Assembly: GCA_028689615.1 (NCBI GenBank)
Contig: JAQVCV010000001.1
Coordinates: 133,697-197,696, forward strand
DNA length: 64,000 nucleotides
Direction of reading: 5' to 3'
Origin: Bacteroidales bacterium
GTDB taxonomy: Bacteria > Bacteroidota > Bacteroidia > Bacteroidales > TTA-H9
Position numbers and translations under genes: made by a program. Below the pieces are notes generated by a model, which worked only from the letters and a program-made list of their open reading frames with translations, was not told the origin of the DNA and did not search any database. Shown here one piece after another: positions 35,801-45,772 of this stretch (position 1 is its first letter; every line of letters starts with the position of its first letter).

Positions 35801-37048
35801 GCCTTCGCCCACAGCTTTGGCGAATTGAGCAGCAGCAGCAAGGTTGGCCGAGAGCTTGTTGAGTGCTTTTGCCATGACACCCAATTCGTCGCTGTTTGAA
35901 ATCACCAAAGGATGATCGCGGTCAACTACTCCGGCAGCCAAATCGTTGAGAACAGCCGTAGTTTTCACCAATGGCCGGCTGATATAGCGGGCTACCAACG
36001 AGATAACAACAGTCATCAGCAGAAGGCCTATCACCCCAACCAGAAAAGTATTAAACAAGGCATCGTTGGCCCTCTGGGTGATGGACGAGGTGGGAACCAA
36101 CACACCTACCGACCACAGGTTGTGAATCTTTCCGATACCCACAGGCACAAAAGTGATGTAGGCCTCAGCACCGGTAAAGGTATCGTCGAATGTAACCGAA
36201 TGGTGGTCGCCTTTTTTTATATGATCGAGGAAGCCAAGTTGATCGACTATGGCCGAATCGACAGCTCTAATGTTTTTTCCAATGAGGTTTTGTTGAGGGA
36301 AAGTAACCAGGCAGCCATCGTTGGACGTCAAAAAAGCAAATCCGGTTTTAAATGGCTTATGGTTTTCAAACTCTTCTCTAAAATTGTCGAGACTGACGTC
36401 GATCCCTATCACCCCCTTAAACTTCCCGTCAACAACAATAGGAACCACCATGCTTGTTTGCAAAACGGCGTCTTCAACCCTGCCTGTATAACTGTAGCTG
36501 TAGGGCGACAAAACAGTTTCCCGGAGCGTTCGCTTGGGAATGGTATAATAGTCGCTTTGAAACAGGACTGCATCGGGATTCCACTTTTCGAGCAGGATGT
36601 TATCCCCTTCGCGGTAGTAAGTTACAGCCAGATTCCCGAGTCTTGTGCTGCCATCTTTTCGGGCAAACCGATGATCGAGACGATCGATCGTGAGCGTGTC
36701 CCAAAGAGTCCAGACCGATAGAAACGATGGGTTTTCCTTCATGCTCTTGTACATCATGGCCATAAACACCTCGCGACGGTTAGGTTCGGGGATGGTTTCG
36801 TAGCGCGAAAAAACCAGGCCAAGGGTACGAGCGGCGTTCATGTACTCGTTGAGGGTGCTGGTGGTTTGGGCGGCATAATCATGTGCCTGTGCATCAACAA
36901 GTGCATGAGCCGAATCAACAGCTCTCTGCCGGTTGGTGACTCCCACGTAAATCAGCACGATTCCGAAAATAACCAGGGTGGTACTTACAATAGCCACCAT
37001 CAGTTTTCGCCCTAAAGTGGCTCTGAACAATTTGTTTCTCAATGTCAT
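32825..37048 (-). CDS. Large hybrid sensor kinase (TM-Cache-like-TM-HAMP-GAF-coiled coil-HisKA-HATPase-3x REC)
   Basis: 1407 aa with two TM segments flanking a periplasmic sensor region. [29 protein letters not shown]. Three receiver domains ([17 protein letters not shown]; [18 protein letters not shown]; [17 protein letters not shown]). Confidence 0.9.
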   Translation of the reverse strand: MTLRNKLFRATLGRKLMVAIVSTTLVIFGIVLIYVGVTNRQRAVDSAHALVDAQAHDYAAQTTSTLNEYMNAARTLGLVFSRYETIPEPNRREVFMAMMYKSMKENPSFLSVWTLWDTLTIDRLDHRFARKDGSTRLGNLAVTYYREGDNILLEKWNPDAVLFQSDYYTIPKRTLRETVLSPYSYSYTGRVEDAVLQTSMVVPIVVDGKFKGVIGIDVSLDNFREEFENHKPFKTGFAFLTSNDGCLVTFPQQNLIGKNIRAVDSAIVDQLGFLDHIKKGDHHSVTFDDTFTGAEAYITFVPVGIGKIHNLWSVGVLVPTSSITQRANDALFNTFLVGVIGLLLMTVVISLVARYISRPLVKTTAVLNDLAAGVVDRDHPLVISNSDELGVMAKALNKLSANLAAAAQFAKAVGEGHEGVSYNLLSKNDLLGNALVKMRDNLARLNKLNSENIWLQTGVVKINDALRGDKSMEQLGSDLLVELADLLGFQAAALYINKENDQLTLTSSYAFSHRKSDVNRFAFGEGLVGQAAMEQKMIVFEKAPSDFILIRSGMGEASEQFVVVMPLVHEKVVAGVIEMASTSPFDPVKLKLLDTVAEGMAISLQGIRVKWEMKHLLLQTQEQAEELRVQQEELREANEELEEQARALKESEQNLQAQQEELRVTNEELEEKTHLLEQQKAGIAVKNQELQKAKEEIERKAADVERASKYKSEFLANMSHELRTPLNSLLILSRSLADNKKGNLTPDQTEAAEIINHSGNELLSLINDILDLSKIEAGRMDINPEHMAVSDLLHYVRRSFGHQIEARNLKLDLHLSEQVPDTMLTDRQRVEQIVKNLMSNAVKFTPHGTISFSIAVAKPQNQLQTENLRTNGAISISVGDTGIGIPPEKQLEIFEAFKQADGSTSRKYGGTGLGLSISRELARLLGGEIGLESNPGQGSVFTLYLPLNGEIKPLAQVAKQDPEESSAPQPIAGNPKPEPFRQSMSHLAPDVEIPKPAVLPDKPIDRIPDDRESLLSGDKVILIVEDDTNFARVLAGEARGKGFKVLAAPTGEEGIELATKHKPAAIILDINLPGIDGWTVLDQLKQNPDTRHIPVHMMSAYEETIDAFRKGAIGYLTKPAQPEALEKAFDKLGSYVNRKIKDLLLVEDDANLQKSIRSVIGDQGVAISSVSSGKEAIDKIKSHHFDCMILDLGLPDMSGFELLKQLRRDPSVEIPPVIVYTGRELTREENSELHNYTESIIIKGVKSEERLLDETALFLHRVVSELPSDQQQIISYLHDKDSIFREKKILIVDDDMRNVIALTRVLEDKGLDIKAADNGKNAIQMLQNHPDIDLVLMDIMMPEMDGYEAIGKIREDKRFRNLPVIALTAKAMKEDRAKCINAGANDYISKPVNVEKLISLMRVWLFK

Positions 37049-37136
37049 CGGTTTTATTGGTATAGTTTGGATGGATGAGTATGGGAAGGTTATACGAAGA
37101 TAGTTAAATTTGTTACATCAATTGCATAAAACAACC

Positions 37137-38579
37137 CTATTTTCCTGATTTTCGTTTGGCGATATAACCCACGCCCATCACCAGGGCAGCGACGATAAAG
37201 GCCGGCACGAACGATGATTTGGGTTCTGGTCCGTTGGTACTTATAACACCCCAGACAAAAAACACCACATTAACCACAAAACCAGAAAGGATACTGGCAA
37301 GGGCAACTTTTCGATATCTGGTTGCGCTGCTGTGGGTGAGTGCGACCAAGGTGACCGGAACAAAGATGCTGATGGTTCCCAGCCCAACCACCATCAGGTT
37401 TACAATATCGGGGCTAACCAGGGCCAGCAGCAGAGCCAACAACCCGAAGAGAATGGTTGCCAGTTTCACCCCCCAGAAAAACCTTTCCCGGCTAAGAGGT
37501 TTACGACTCCATCCTTTCAGATCGTTGATGGCCGAAATGGCAATGATGTTGAGAAAACTGTCGCCCGAAGACATCAGGGCGGAGAGAAGCCCGACCACAG
37601 CAAAGGCAAACAAACCATGCCCACTATGCCGGCTGATAAAAAAGAAAGTAGAATCGTCGGGGTTCAGGTCAGCACCGCCCTGTACGCGCATCGCCATACC
37701 AACCAATGGGAAAACAAGGTAAAACGGGAGCATCCCGAATCCGGACCACAAAGCAGTTTTGCGGGCCACCTTAGCCGATCGCGCTGCCAGCAACCGCTGC
37801 CAGATATCCATTCTGACAAGTACCGACGGGGCAATAAAAAGAGGCAACCCTATTAAGAACGCCAGTCCGAACGACGTGCCGTTGAGCATTGGTTCAGGAA
37901 GGCTGCTCACCAAATCCAATCCGTGCGTATCAGCCCAAATACCAGGGATGAAGATGGTTACCATCATCACCACAATCATCACAAACTGAATCATGTCGGT
38001 AACTATAACACCTGCCAGCCCGGCCATAGCGGTATAACCGATGACGATAAGACACGAAATAACAGCAGAAGCCAGATAATCAATACCAAAGGAATATTTC
38101 AAAAGCGAAGCCATACCAACAAACTGAGCAGCAAGAAGGAAGAAAAAGATAAACACGTTAACTCCGGTCACAACCGACGAAAACCAACGGGCAAATACAG
38201 GCGATTCGTGAATGCCGTAAGACCTGTTGAGAAACTGAGGGAAAGAGTAGATGCTGTACCTTACACCAGCCTGCCTGATCCTGGGTGCAAACCAGGCCAA
38301 CAAAAAGAAGCCCAGGAAATAAGCCACCCCGACGCCGGTGGCCGCAAAACCAGCCTGATATCCCATCGAAATAAGCCCCATGCTGGTTCCACCTCCCACG
38401 AAAGTGGCCAGGGTGGTGAGCACGAGTGGAAGCAATCCCGTTTTGCGGTTGTTCACCAGGTAGGCTTCAAGTGTTCCCCCTTTGATGTGCCGTAGGGTAA
38501 CTACGAGCATCAGCAGAAGGAACACCGCCACCCAGAACAGCAGCCAGCTTGTTGTTGGTTCATTATCCATGCACCACAA
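37137..38579 (-). CDS. Sodium:solute symporter family transporter (putative)
   Basis: 480-aa polytopic membrane protein with about 12-13 hydrophobic segments. Family assigned by overall resemblance. Start may be M4 (38570). Confidence 0.6.
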   Translation of the reverse strand: MWCMDNEPTTSWLLFWVAVFLLLMLVVTLRHIKGGTLEAYLVNNRKTGLLPLVLTTLATFVGGGTSMGLISMGYQAGFAATGVGVAYFLGFFLLAWFAPRIRQAGVRYSIYSFPQFLNRSYGIHESPVFARWFSSVVTGVNVFIFFFLLAAQFVGMASLLKYSFGIDYLASAVISCLIVIGYTAMAGLAGVIVTDMIQFVMIVVMMVTIFIPGIWADTHGLDLVSSLPEPMLNGTSFGLAFLIGLPLFIAPSVLVRMDIWQRLLAARSAKVARKTALWSGFGMLPFYLVFPLVGMAMRVQGGADLNPDDSTFFFISRHSGHGLFAFAVVGLLSALMSSGDSFLNIIAISAINDLKGWSRKPLSRERFFWGVKLATILFGLLALLLALVSPDIVNLMVVGLGTISIFVPVTLVALTHSSATRYRKVALASILSGFVVNVVFFVWGVISTNGPEPKSSFVPAFIVAALVMGVGYIAKRKSGK

Positions 38580-38706
38580 AAATAGGAAAAGGAATGAATA
38601 AGCCCCCCTCTTTTTTGCTCACTCCGCAAAAAGGAACCAGGCCGCGACAGGCGGGCTGATCAAAAAGAACCCCTGCATGAGCGAACAACCAACCCCCTTT
38701 CATCTC

Positions 38707-38714
38707 TATCTTTG
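38707..38714 (+). promoter_or_regulatory. Bacteroidota-type -7 promoter box (TAnnTTTG)
   Basis: TATCTTTG 19 nt upstream of ATG 38734. Confidence 0.45.
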
Positions 38715-38733
38715 CAACCTTAAAACCGAATTT

Positions 38734-39975
38734 ATGAAAGCTGAAATTATAACCATTGGCGACGAACTGCTTATTGGACAAGTGATTGACACCAACTCTG
38801 CCTGGATGGCGACACAACTAAACAAAATTGGTATTGATGTGCGCCAGATCACGAGCATCCCCGATTCGAGGGTTCACATTCTTCACGCGCTGACAGAAGC
38901 AGGGAACCGCGCCCGGGTTGTGCTTATCAGCGGTGGCCTGGGGCCAACCCGCGACGACATTACCAAGCAAACCCTGTGCGAATTTTTCGACACTGTTTTA
39001 GCCCCCGATCAGGATGCGCTGGCCGATATCACAGCTTTGTTTGCAAAAAGGGGTTATCCCATGACCGAGCTCAACCTGCGTCAGGCCGACATGCCCGAGG
39101 CATGCAACTCCATTCCCAATCCCGTTGGCACCGCCAGGGGGATGTGGTTTGAAAAAGAGAACACCATCTACGTGTCGATGCCCGGGGTTCCCTTCGAGAT
39201 GAAACAAATGATGACCGATCATGTGCTGCCTGCACTCCGCCTTCGGAACAAAGGGACATCGGTTGTTCACCGAACCATTCTCACCACCGGTGTTGGCGAA
39301 TCGTTTCTGGCAGCCCGCATCGAGACCTGGGAAAACTCGCTTCCCGCCTACATCAAACTGGCCTACCTTCCCCAACCAGGCATGGTTCGTCTGCGGCTCA
39401 CTGCCCGCGGATGCCATGAAGAGAAACTCACCTCCGAGGTAGCCTCGCTGGTTGATAAGCTCTACACCCTGATTCCTGAGTACATCTTTGGCGAGGAACC
39501 AGATACCCTCGAAGAGGTAACAGGAAGGCTGCTGCTAAGGCATGGACAAACCCTGGCCACTGCCGAGAGCTGTACCGGAGGCGCCATAGCATCGCGCATC
39601 ACCACAGTACCAGGCAGTTCATCGTGGTACAAGGGATCGGTTGTAGCCTACGCCAACCAGGTGAAAGAACAAGTGCTGGGAGTTGAAAAAGAGACCCTTG
39701 AGAAGCACGGCGCCGTGAGCGAACCCGTGGTGATACAAATGGCCCAAAACGCCCGGCAGTTGCTCCATACCGATTGGGCCCTGTCGGTTTCGGGCATTGC
39801 CGGCCCCGATGGTGGTACACCCGAAAAACCCGTAGGAACCGTATGGATTGCTGTTTCGGGACCCAAAGCTACCCAGGCTGCCAAATTCCAGTTTGGCGAC
39901 AACCGCGAAAGAAACATCGTTCGAGCCACGGTAGCAGCTCTTAACATGCTCAGGGTAAGCCTGCTCGACGAATAA
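38734..39975 (+). CDS. cinA: CinA family competence/damage-inducible protein (MoCF-binding + nicotinamide-nucleotide amidase domains)
   Basis: Start at MKAEIITIGDELLIGQVIDTNSAWMA. C-terminal ATAESCTGGAIA...GSVVAYAN... Confidence 0.9.
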   Translation: MKAEIITIGDELLIGQVIDTNSAWMATQLNKIGIDVRQITSIPDSRVHILHALTEAGNRARVVLISGGLGPTRDDITKQTLCEFFDTVLAPDQDALADITALFAKRGYPMTELNLRQADMPEACNSIPNPVGTARGMWFEKENTIYVSMPGVPFEMKQMMTDHVLPALRLRNKGTSVVHRTILTTGVGESFLAARIETWENSLPAYIKLAYLPQPGMVRLRLTARGCHEEKLTSEVASLVDKLYTLIPEYIFGEEPDTLEEVTGRLLLRHGQTLATAESCTGGAIASRITTVPGSSSWYKGSVVAYANQVKEQVLGVEKETLEKHGAVSEPVVIQMAQNARQLLHTDWALSVSGIAGPDGGTPEKPVGTVWIAVSGPKATQAAKFQFGDNRERNIVRATVAALNMLRVSLLDE

Positions 39976-39984
39976 TTGCTTCAG

Positions 39985-40009
39985 TGGCCAACCACTCCGC
40001 GGGTGGCCA
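39985..40009. terminator. Hairpin between convergent cinA and DUF2461 genes
   Basis: TGGCCAACC actccgc GGGTGGCCA (8 of 9 pairs). No clear U-tract. Confidence 0.35.
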
Positions 40010-40022
40010 GAACCGTTCAACT

Positions 40023-40694
40023 TCACCCTTCAGCCACAGCCACATTCAGAAAAGCATTGAAATCTTTCATTATCCGAAAGATTTCAACTGCTGTTTTTAC
40101 CAGATCAGCCCCTGCAAACTCCTCCTGTTTTGGAGCGTATCCAACCACAAAGTGTTTGTTCATCAGGTAGTCAATCCCTTCGAAGCTGGCATCGTAACCT
40201 TTGGGCGGCCTCACCAACCTGTCGCCCATATCGCTCAAGCCCCCAAACATTTTCACGAAATGGGGGTGTTTCACAATTGCCTCAAACTGGCTGAAATTGT
40301 AGAAAATTTCTTGTCTGACACGCTTTAGCACAGGCGGTTGAGGCATGTAAAGCCCCCCGCCAATGAAAGATGCACCGGGTTCGAGATGAAGGTAATAACC
40401 CGAAAAAGGACTTTTTCGGCCTCCACGTGCCACAAATACGCCAAAATGGGTTTTATAAGGATCTTTATTGTTGCTAAACCTCACATCGCGGTTGATGCGA
40501 AACAGGCAATCGGCAGGCGACACCTCGCCCACAGAGGGATCAAAGCGCTGAACCTGGCTGATAATCCCGCCCGTGATGTTCAATATTGCTGAACGCAGTG
40601 CATTGTAGCGGGGGCGGTTGGCATCGAACCATTCGCGGTTGTTGTTGGCAGCCAACTGAACAAGGAAATCAAAATAGGGTTGTGGAGTATTCAT
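40023..40694 (-). CDS. DUF2461 (TIGR02453) family protein
   Basis: 223 aa. FDFLVQLAANNNREWFDANRPRY...FRINRDVRFSNNKDPYKTHFG. Confidence 0.85.
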   Translation of the reverse strand: MNTPQPYFDFLVQLAANNNREWFDANRPRYNALRSAILNITGGIISQVQRFDPSVGEVSPADCLFRINRDVRFSNNKDPYKTHFGVFVARGGRKSPFSGYYLHLEPGASFIGGGLYMPQPPVLKRVRQEIFYNFSQFEAIVKHPHFVKMFGGLSDMGDRLVRPPKGYDASFEGIDYLMNKHFVVGYAPKQEEFAGADLVKTAVEIFRIMKDFNAFLNVAVAEG

Positions 40695-40818
40695 AACAAA
40701 GCAATAAACTGATTACACTGATGCCGTCAAACACCTTAAAGAAACCATGGTGATTGGGCAAAAGAGTTGCCAAAGATACTACATGCAGTTTTATTTCGGC
40801 TTTTTGTAAAAAAATGGG

Positions 40819-40826
40819 TAGGTTTG
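40819..40826 (+). promoter_or_regulatory. Bacteroidota-type -7 promoter box (TAnnTTTG)
   Basis: TAGGTTTG 31 nt upstream of ATG 40858. Confidence 0.45.
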
Positions 40827-40857
40827 CGTCATAACTTCTGTTAATTGCTGTTTCCAT

Positions 40858-42096
40858 ATGAAAATATTTTTCAGGCTGCTTCGCGAAAGTCTAGTATTTG
40901 CGCTCCACGAGTTGCGCGTGAACAAGGTTCGCACAGTGCTCTCCTTATCGGGCATCACCATTGGCATTTTCTCCGTCATTTCGGTACTCACCATTTTCGA
41001 TTCGCTGGAGTACCAGTTGCGATCGAGCATCAACTCGCTGGGTACCGACGTGCTTTACATCCAGAAATGGCCCTGGAGCATGGACAACAACTACCCGTGG
41101 TGGAAATACATCAACAGGCCACATACCACTTTGAGCGAGATGAACCAAATAGTAGAGCGTACGCCTGCCGCAGGAGCAGCAGCTTATCTTCTGGGTACCA
41201 ACACATCGTTTAAATATAAAAACAAAACCGTTGAAGATGTAGGCTTGCTTGCCTGCTCTCACGATTACGACAAACTCCGCACGATGGAATTCGCCAAAGG
41301 ACGCTATTTCTCACCTGTTGAATCGCAAACCGGCCGCCCGGTGGTTATTTTAGGGGGAAATCTGGCGGGGAATCTTTTTAAGGATGAAGAAGCAGTTGGG
41401 CGAACGGTAAAAATTTTCGGGCGCAAGCTCGAGGTAATCGGGGTGTTGAAAAAAGAGGGCAATGCCATTGGCGAGAGTCTTGACGACCAAGGGGTAATAC
41501 CTGTGAATTTTGCCCGCAACCTGCTTGATTTCGATCGCGATGGAACCATTGTTGTGATGCCTCGCGAAGGGGTAACCCGTGCCGAACTGAAAGATGAACT
41601 GATTGGTGTGATGCGAAGCATCCGACGATTGAAACCCGGAGCAGAAGATAATTTTGCCATCAACGAAATCAGCATTATCTCGCAGATGTTCGACGGATTC
41701 TTCAATGCCCTGGCCATTATTGGCTGGGTGATTGGCGGATTCTCGCTTCTGGTGGGAGGATTCGGAATTGCCAACATCATGTTTGTTTCCGTCAGAGAAC
41801 GCACCAACATCATCGGCATTCAAAAAGCCCTGGGAGCTAAAAACTATTTTATCCTCACACAATTCCTCACCGAATCGGTTGTGCTAGCGCTGATGGGTGG
41901 CCTGGCCGGACTGTTCATTATTTGGTTGCTCACCCTTTTGGTGACCTATGGTTTCGACTTCGAGCTGTTCCTCACCCTTAAAAACACAGTTTTAGGCCTG
42001 TCGGTCAGCGCCTTTATCGGACTTGTTTCCGGCCTGATCCCAGCTTGGTCGGCCTCAAAACTCGACCCCGTGGAGGCTATGAGAAGCAACGGGTAA
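40858..42096 (+). CDS. ABC transporter permease, MacB/FtsX-like
   Basis: 412 aa. N-terminal TM, large periplasmic domain, C-terminal FtsX-type TM bundle (...ERTNIIGIQKALGAKNYFI...). No ATPase gene is adjacent. Confidence 0.85.
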   Translation: MKIFFRLLRESLVFALHELRVNKVRTVLSLSGITIGIFSVISVLTIFDSLEYQLRSSINSLGTDVLYIQKWPWSMDNNYPWWKYINRPHTTLSEMNQIVERTPAAGAAAYLLGTNTSFKYKNKTVEDVGLLACSHDYDKLRTMEFAKGRYFSPVESQTGRPVVILGGNLAGNLFKDEEAVGRTVKIFGRKLEVIGVLKKEGNAIGESLDDQGVIPVNFARNLLDFDRDGTIVVMPREGVTRAELKDELIGVMRSIRRLKPGAEDNFAINEISIISQMFDGFFNALAIIGWVIGGFSLLVGGFGIANIMFVSVRERTNIIGIQKALGAKNYFILTQFLTESVVLALMGGLAGLFIIWLLTLLVTYGFDFELFLTLKNTVLGLSVSAFIGLVSGLIPAWSASKLDPVEAMRSNG

Positions 42097-42168
42097 CAAC
42101 TCCCTGTATATGTGATGCCTTTTCTCCAAAAAAAATCAACGCGATGTTGATTTCTCTAAATTTTGGAT

Positions 42169-42176
42169 TATCTTTG
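42169..42176 (+). promoter_or_regulatory. Bacteroidota-type -7 promoter box (TAnnTTTG)
   Basis: TATCTTTG about 68 nt upstream of ATG 42245. Confidence 0.35.
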
Positions 42177-42244
42177 CAATAATTGGAATCAAGATTGTCG
42201 AGGGGTTGTCTCCCGACAAACCAAAAGGACTCCAAATTTGCAAA

Positions 42245-42793
42245 ATGAAAGCCTTATACCTGATAATCACTATGATTTTTGTGCTGGAAGGTTATCTTCC
42301 CGCTCAAAAAGTCGTTATCAGGGAAGACATCCAAGGCTGGACAGAGCGTGTATCGTTTGGAAACTACAACCAACCCGTTCAATTAAACGAAACCCAGGCC
42401 ACCATAAGGCTAACAGGATGCAGCGTTTCGCCAACCTGTTCGGCCGAAGGCACAGGTTCGGCAGGGTGCGTGGTGGTGAGAGCTTATTGCGGGATTGTTG
42501 AACTGCCCGAGCTACCTTCGGTATCAAGCGTTAGTTTCAGAATAGGATCGATAAGCAGCGGTAAATCGGTAAAACTTCAACGCAAAGCAGGGCAAAAATG
42601 GGTGGATGTAGCCACGCTTTCGGCCATAAGCTCCCCGGCAAGAGACTTCACCATTGAAGTAAATTCCAACGAGCCCACAACCCTGCGTCTCAGTTCGGCC
42701 AACAGCAACCTTTACCTTTTCGATATTGTGGTTACCGACACTCCCACCCAGCAAGACGGGGTATTGGCAGCTCGTCTGGCATCGACACATTAA
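42245..42793 (+). CDS. Hypothetical secreted protein
   Basis: Start at MKALYLIITMIFVLEGYLPAQ (signal peptide). No recognised motif. Confidence 0.5.
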   Translation: MKALYLIITMIFVLEGYLPAQKVVIREDIQGWTERVSFGNYNQPVQLNETQATIRLTGCSVSPTCSAEGTGSAGCVVVRAYCGIVELPELPSVSSVSFRIGSISSGKSVKLQRKAGQKWVDVATLSAISSPARDFTIEVNSNEPTTLRLSSANSNLYLFDIVVTDTPTQQDGVLAARLASTH

Positions 42794-43005
42794 CCACACA
42801 GCTCCCACGCCAACAAAACGAAACATTGGCACCTGCACCTTTTACAACAACCTTCCTGCTTGAATATCAGAAAAACACACAGCAAAGCAGTGTTGCATCC
42901 AGATTGTTTACGAACACAGAACAAAAAAAAACACAATTTCTCCACTTTCCAACGTGCAGCAATATTACTTTTTTGCTACCTTAGCCCTCACCAAACCCCA
43001 CCCAC

Positions 43006-44061
43006 GTGAAAGCGACCCTGTTTGACGATACGCTGAAGTATTACAACGCCCTTCTCAACGACATTGAGAAGGCTCATCAGTTTATTTTCATGGAGTTTTA
43101 CCGGTTCGGCAGCGATGCCATCGGCAGTCGGTTCCGCGATGCACTTGCCCGAAAAGCCCGTCAGGGAGTAAAAGTAAAACTCCTGCTCGACTCTTGGGGA
43201 ACCGAGCCCCGCGATGCTTTTTTTGCCCCTGTGACCAAAGCCGGCGGTGAAGTGAAATTTCATGAAAAAATCAGGTTTTCTCCCGATTTTTTCACCAGGA
43301 GCCACCGCCGCAACCACCGCAAACTGGTGATCATCGACGACAAAATAAGCTACATCGGATCTTCCAATCTTACCGACTACAACATTGTTTGGCGCGAGCT
43401 CGTTTTGAGGCTACACGGACCGGTTGCCCTGACTTTCAAAAAGATATTCAACCAGATGTATGAGCTAGGGCCTTACCTGAAGATTCCGGCAGAGATGAAA
43501 AACACCCTCGTCTTCCGCGACCTTGAGATTATTCGCGACACACCTTCCATCACGTTTCAGCCTGTAAAAAAACGTCTGATAAGGCTCATCAAAAATGCCC
43601 GCCACAACATCGTGATCGAGACCCCTTACTTCCTCCCGAGTTTCCTGGTTCGGAAAGCCCTCATCAACGCTGCAAAAAAAGGTGTTGAAGTGAACGTGGT
43701 GATACCGCAAACCTCGGATGTGGGGATAGTTGATCTGCTGCGCAACCGCTACCTGGGACCCCTGCATCAGGAAGGGATCAGGTTCCTGCTCTACACAGGA
43801 GCAAACCTCCATGCCAAATTGCTCATGACTGACAACAAAACCTTCGCCATGGGATCGCCCAATTTCGATTACCGCAGCTTCAGATTCCAGCATGAAGTGA
43901 TGATGGTTGGCACCGACAACGACATCGTGAAGTTGCTGCTGAATCATGTATCGGGTACTGTGGCCGATACGGTTCCTTTCGACATCGATGCGTGGAAAAA
44001 TAGAGGCTGGTTTACCCGTTTTCGCGAGTGGATGTTAATACCTTTGCGGCACCTGCTTTAG
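43006..44061 (+). CDS. Phospholipase D / cardiolipin synthase-like protein (two HKD motifs)
   Basis: HRKLVIIDDKISYIGSSNL and LHAKLLMTDNKTFAMGSPNFD. GTG start. 3' end overlaps the convergent EamA ORF by 50 bp. Confidence 0.85.
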   Translation: MKATLFDDTLKYYNALLNDIEKAHQFIFMEFYRFGSDAIGSRFRDALARKARQGVKVKLLLDSWGTEPRDAFFAPVTKAGGEVKFHEKIRFSPDFFTRSHRRNHRKLVIIDDKISYIGSSNLTDYNIVWRELVLRLHGPVALTFKKIFNQMYELGPYLKIPAEMKNTLVFRDLEIIRDTPSITFQPVKKRLIRLIKNARHNIVIETPYFLPSFLVRKALINAAKKGVEVNVVIPQTSDVGIVDLLRNRYLGPLHQEGIRFLLYTGANLHAKLLMTDNKTFAMGSPNFDYRSFRFQHEVMMVGTDNDIVKLLLNHVSGTVADTVPFDIDAWKNRGWFTRFREWMLIPLRHLL

Positions 44062-44932
44062 GCTTGTATATCACCAGAAACACCCCTGAAAACACCAACA
44101 ACGCGGCACTTAGTTTCGATGCAGTAAGTGTTTCGCCGTAAGCCATCCAGGCCACCAAAGAAGCTATAACAGGCTGAAGGTAAATAAAGTAACCGGCAGC
44201 GGTGGCGCTTACATGTTGCAAAGCCCATGCTGTGAGCGAAAACGCTGTAAGGGTTGTCAGGAAGACCACGTAAAGCAGTGCCAGCCATGCTCCGGTTGTA
44301 AAATGGCTGAAAGTAAGAGATGGAAACGAACCGGCCACATAAGGCAACACGAACAACGATCCCCAGGCAAAAGTGTGGGTCATGACAGTGAGAGCGCTGT
44401 AGCGGGCCATGAGCGGTTTGACGACGACCAGATAGAGCGAATAACAGGCAATATTGAGCAATATCAGCAGGTTCCCCGTAAGAGTTCCAGCCACTGTTGC
44501 CGACTGACCTGCCAGCACCACCAGCCACAAAGCACCAGCACCACCAATGGCCATGCCTGCAACTTTACGCCAGGTAAGTCGCTCGCCTATAAGTATCAGG
44601 GCAAACACCATCACCATCATCGGGCTCAGGGTATGTATGATGCTGGTATCAACCGGTGAGGTTCGCGACAGCCCCTCGAAGAAAAAGACCTGGTTGAGCG
44701 TGATGCCTGTCAATCCACTCAGGATCATCCTCAACCGGTCGGATGGGGCTACCCTTTCTGCCCCCCTCATCCAATACCAGGGGAGCAACACCAGCAGGGT
44801 GCCGCTCAATCGGAAAATCATCAACTGGGGCGGGCTGACGAAATGAGGCATCAGCCCTTTGGCAACCGAATAGTTGACACCAAATAAAACACTGGTTATG
44901 GTTAAAGCCAGGAGTGCTTCACGCTTTTTCAT
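44012..44932 (-). CDS. EamA/DMT family transporter
   Basis: 306 aa, ten hydrophobic segments in two similar halves. Confidence 0.8.
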   Translation of the reverse strand: MKKREALLALTITSVLFGVNYSVAKGLMPHFVSPPQLMIFRLSGTLLVLLPWYWMRGAERVAPSDRLRMILSGLTGITLNQVFFFEGLSRTSPVDTSIIHTLSPMMVMVFALILIGERLTWRKVAGMAIGGAGALWLVVLAGQSATVAGTLTGNLLILLNIACYSLYLVVVKPLMARYSALTVMTHTFAWGSLFVLPYVAGSFPSLTFSHFTTGAWLALLYVVFLTTLTAFSLTAWALQHVSATAAGYFIYLQPVIASLVAWMAYGETLTASKLSAALLVFSGVFLVIYKPKAGAAKVLTSTRENG

Positions 44933-44935
44933 GGT

Positions 44936-45490
44936 TTAGGGTCTTTTTATTCGTCCACTGGCATGGTAATGCCTTATGTAGTAGGGCTCGTCTAAGCCAC
45001 TCATCATCACACCCCGTGAGGTTGAGGAGTGGACAAACCTCCCCTGTCCGGTATAAATTCCAACGTGATAGCCCTGGCGACCGCCAATTTTAAAGAAAAC
45101 AAGATCGCCTGGCTGCAGATCGTCTTTATGAATGGGATCAATATCGTTCATCATTTCGATAGAGCTTCTTTTTAGATGCAGACCCCAGGCCTCAAGCATC
45201 ACGTTCATCACCAAACCAGAACAATCGACACCCGATTTGGTTGTACCACCGTAGCGGTAGGGTACCCCAATCCACCCATCGATGGCCTTGAACAGAGTTG
45301 CGGTGGAGTTGCTGCCGGTTTCATAAGGTTCGGGAAGGGTGCTATCGGCCTCAAAAGGTCCGTCGGGAGCTGTTACCACCGGGCGATAAATATCGCGTTG
45401 AGCCTGCCTCACCTGGCGGCAGCCAACCATCATGATGACGAACATCACCATCAATATCAACCGAAAAGAAAAATTACCAGGAGCTTTCAT
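44936..45490 (-). CDS. NlpC/P60 (C40) family peptidoglycan peptidase lipoprotein
   Basis: Start at MKAPGNFSFRLILMVMFVIMMVGC. GVDCSGLVMNV (catalytic Cys) and GDLVFF...HVGIY. Confidence 0.85.
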   Translation of the reverse strand: MKAPGNFSFRLILMVMFVIMMVGCRQVRQAQRDIYRPVVTAPDGPFEADSTLPEPYETGSNSTATLFKAIDGWIGVPYRYGGTTKSGVDCSGLVMNVMLEAWGLHLKRSSIEMMNDIDPIHKDDLQPGDLVFFKIGGRQGYHVGIYTGQGRFVHSSTSRGVMMSGLDEPYYIRHYHASGRIKRP

Positions 45491-45772
45491 ACGGCAATGC
45501 AAACCTAATCAAAACATACGAAACACCAATTGGAAATTAATGCCGGAATGCCTCTCCTTACAACCCAACCCTTTACCTTCTCTCTTTCAACAACAGAGAC
45601 TGCTTAACCCCAATCTGAACCCTTGCCGGCACCCTTCCAACCTGCCCACAATTGTTGCCATTTCATCAATCGGTTGCCGAAAAGAGCATTCTGTTGTGAT
45701 CAAAAATATAACAAGTTGTGATAAAGCAGTTTTTGCGTACATTTACCTCCTTAAGGAAAATATTGATTAACC

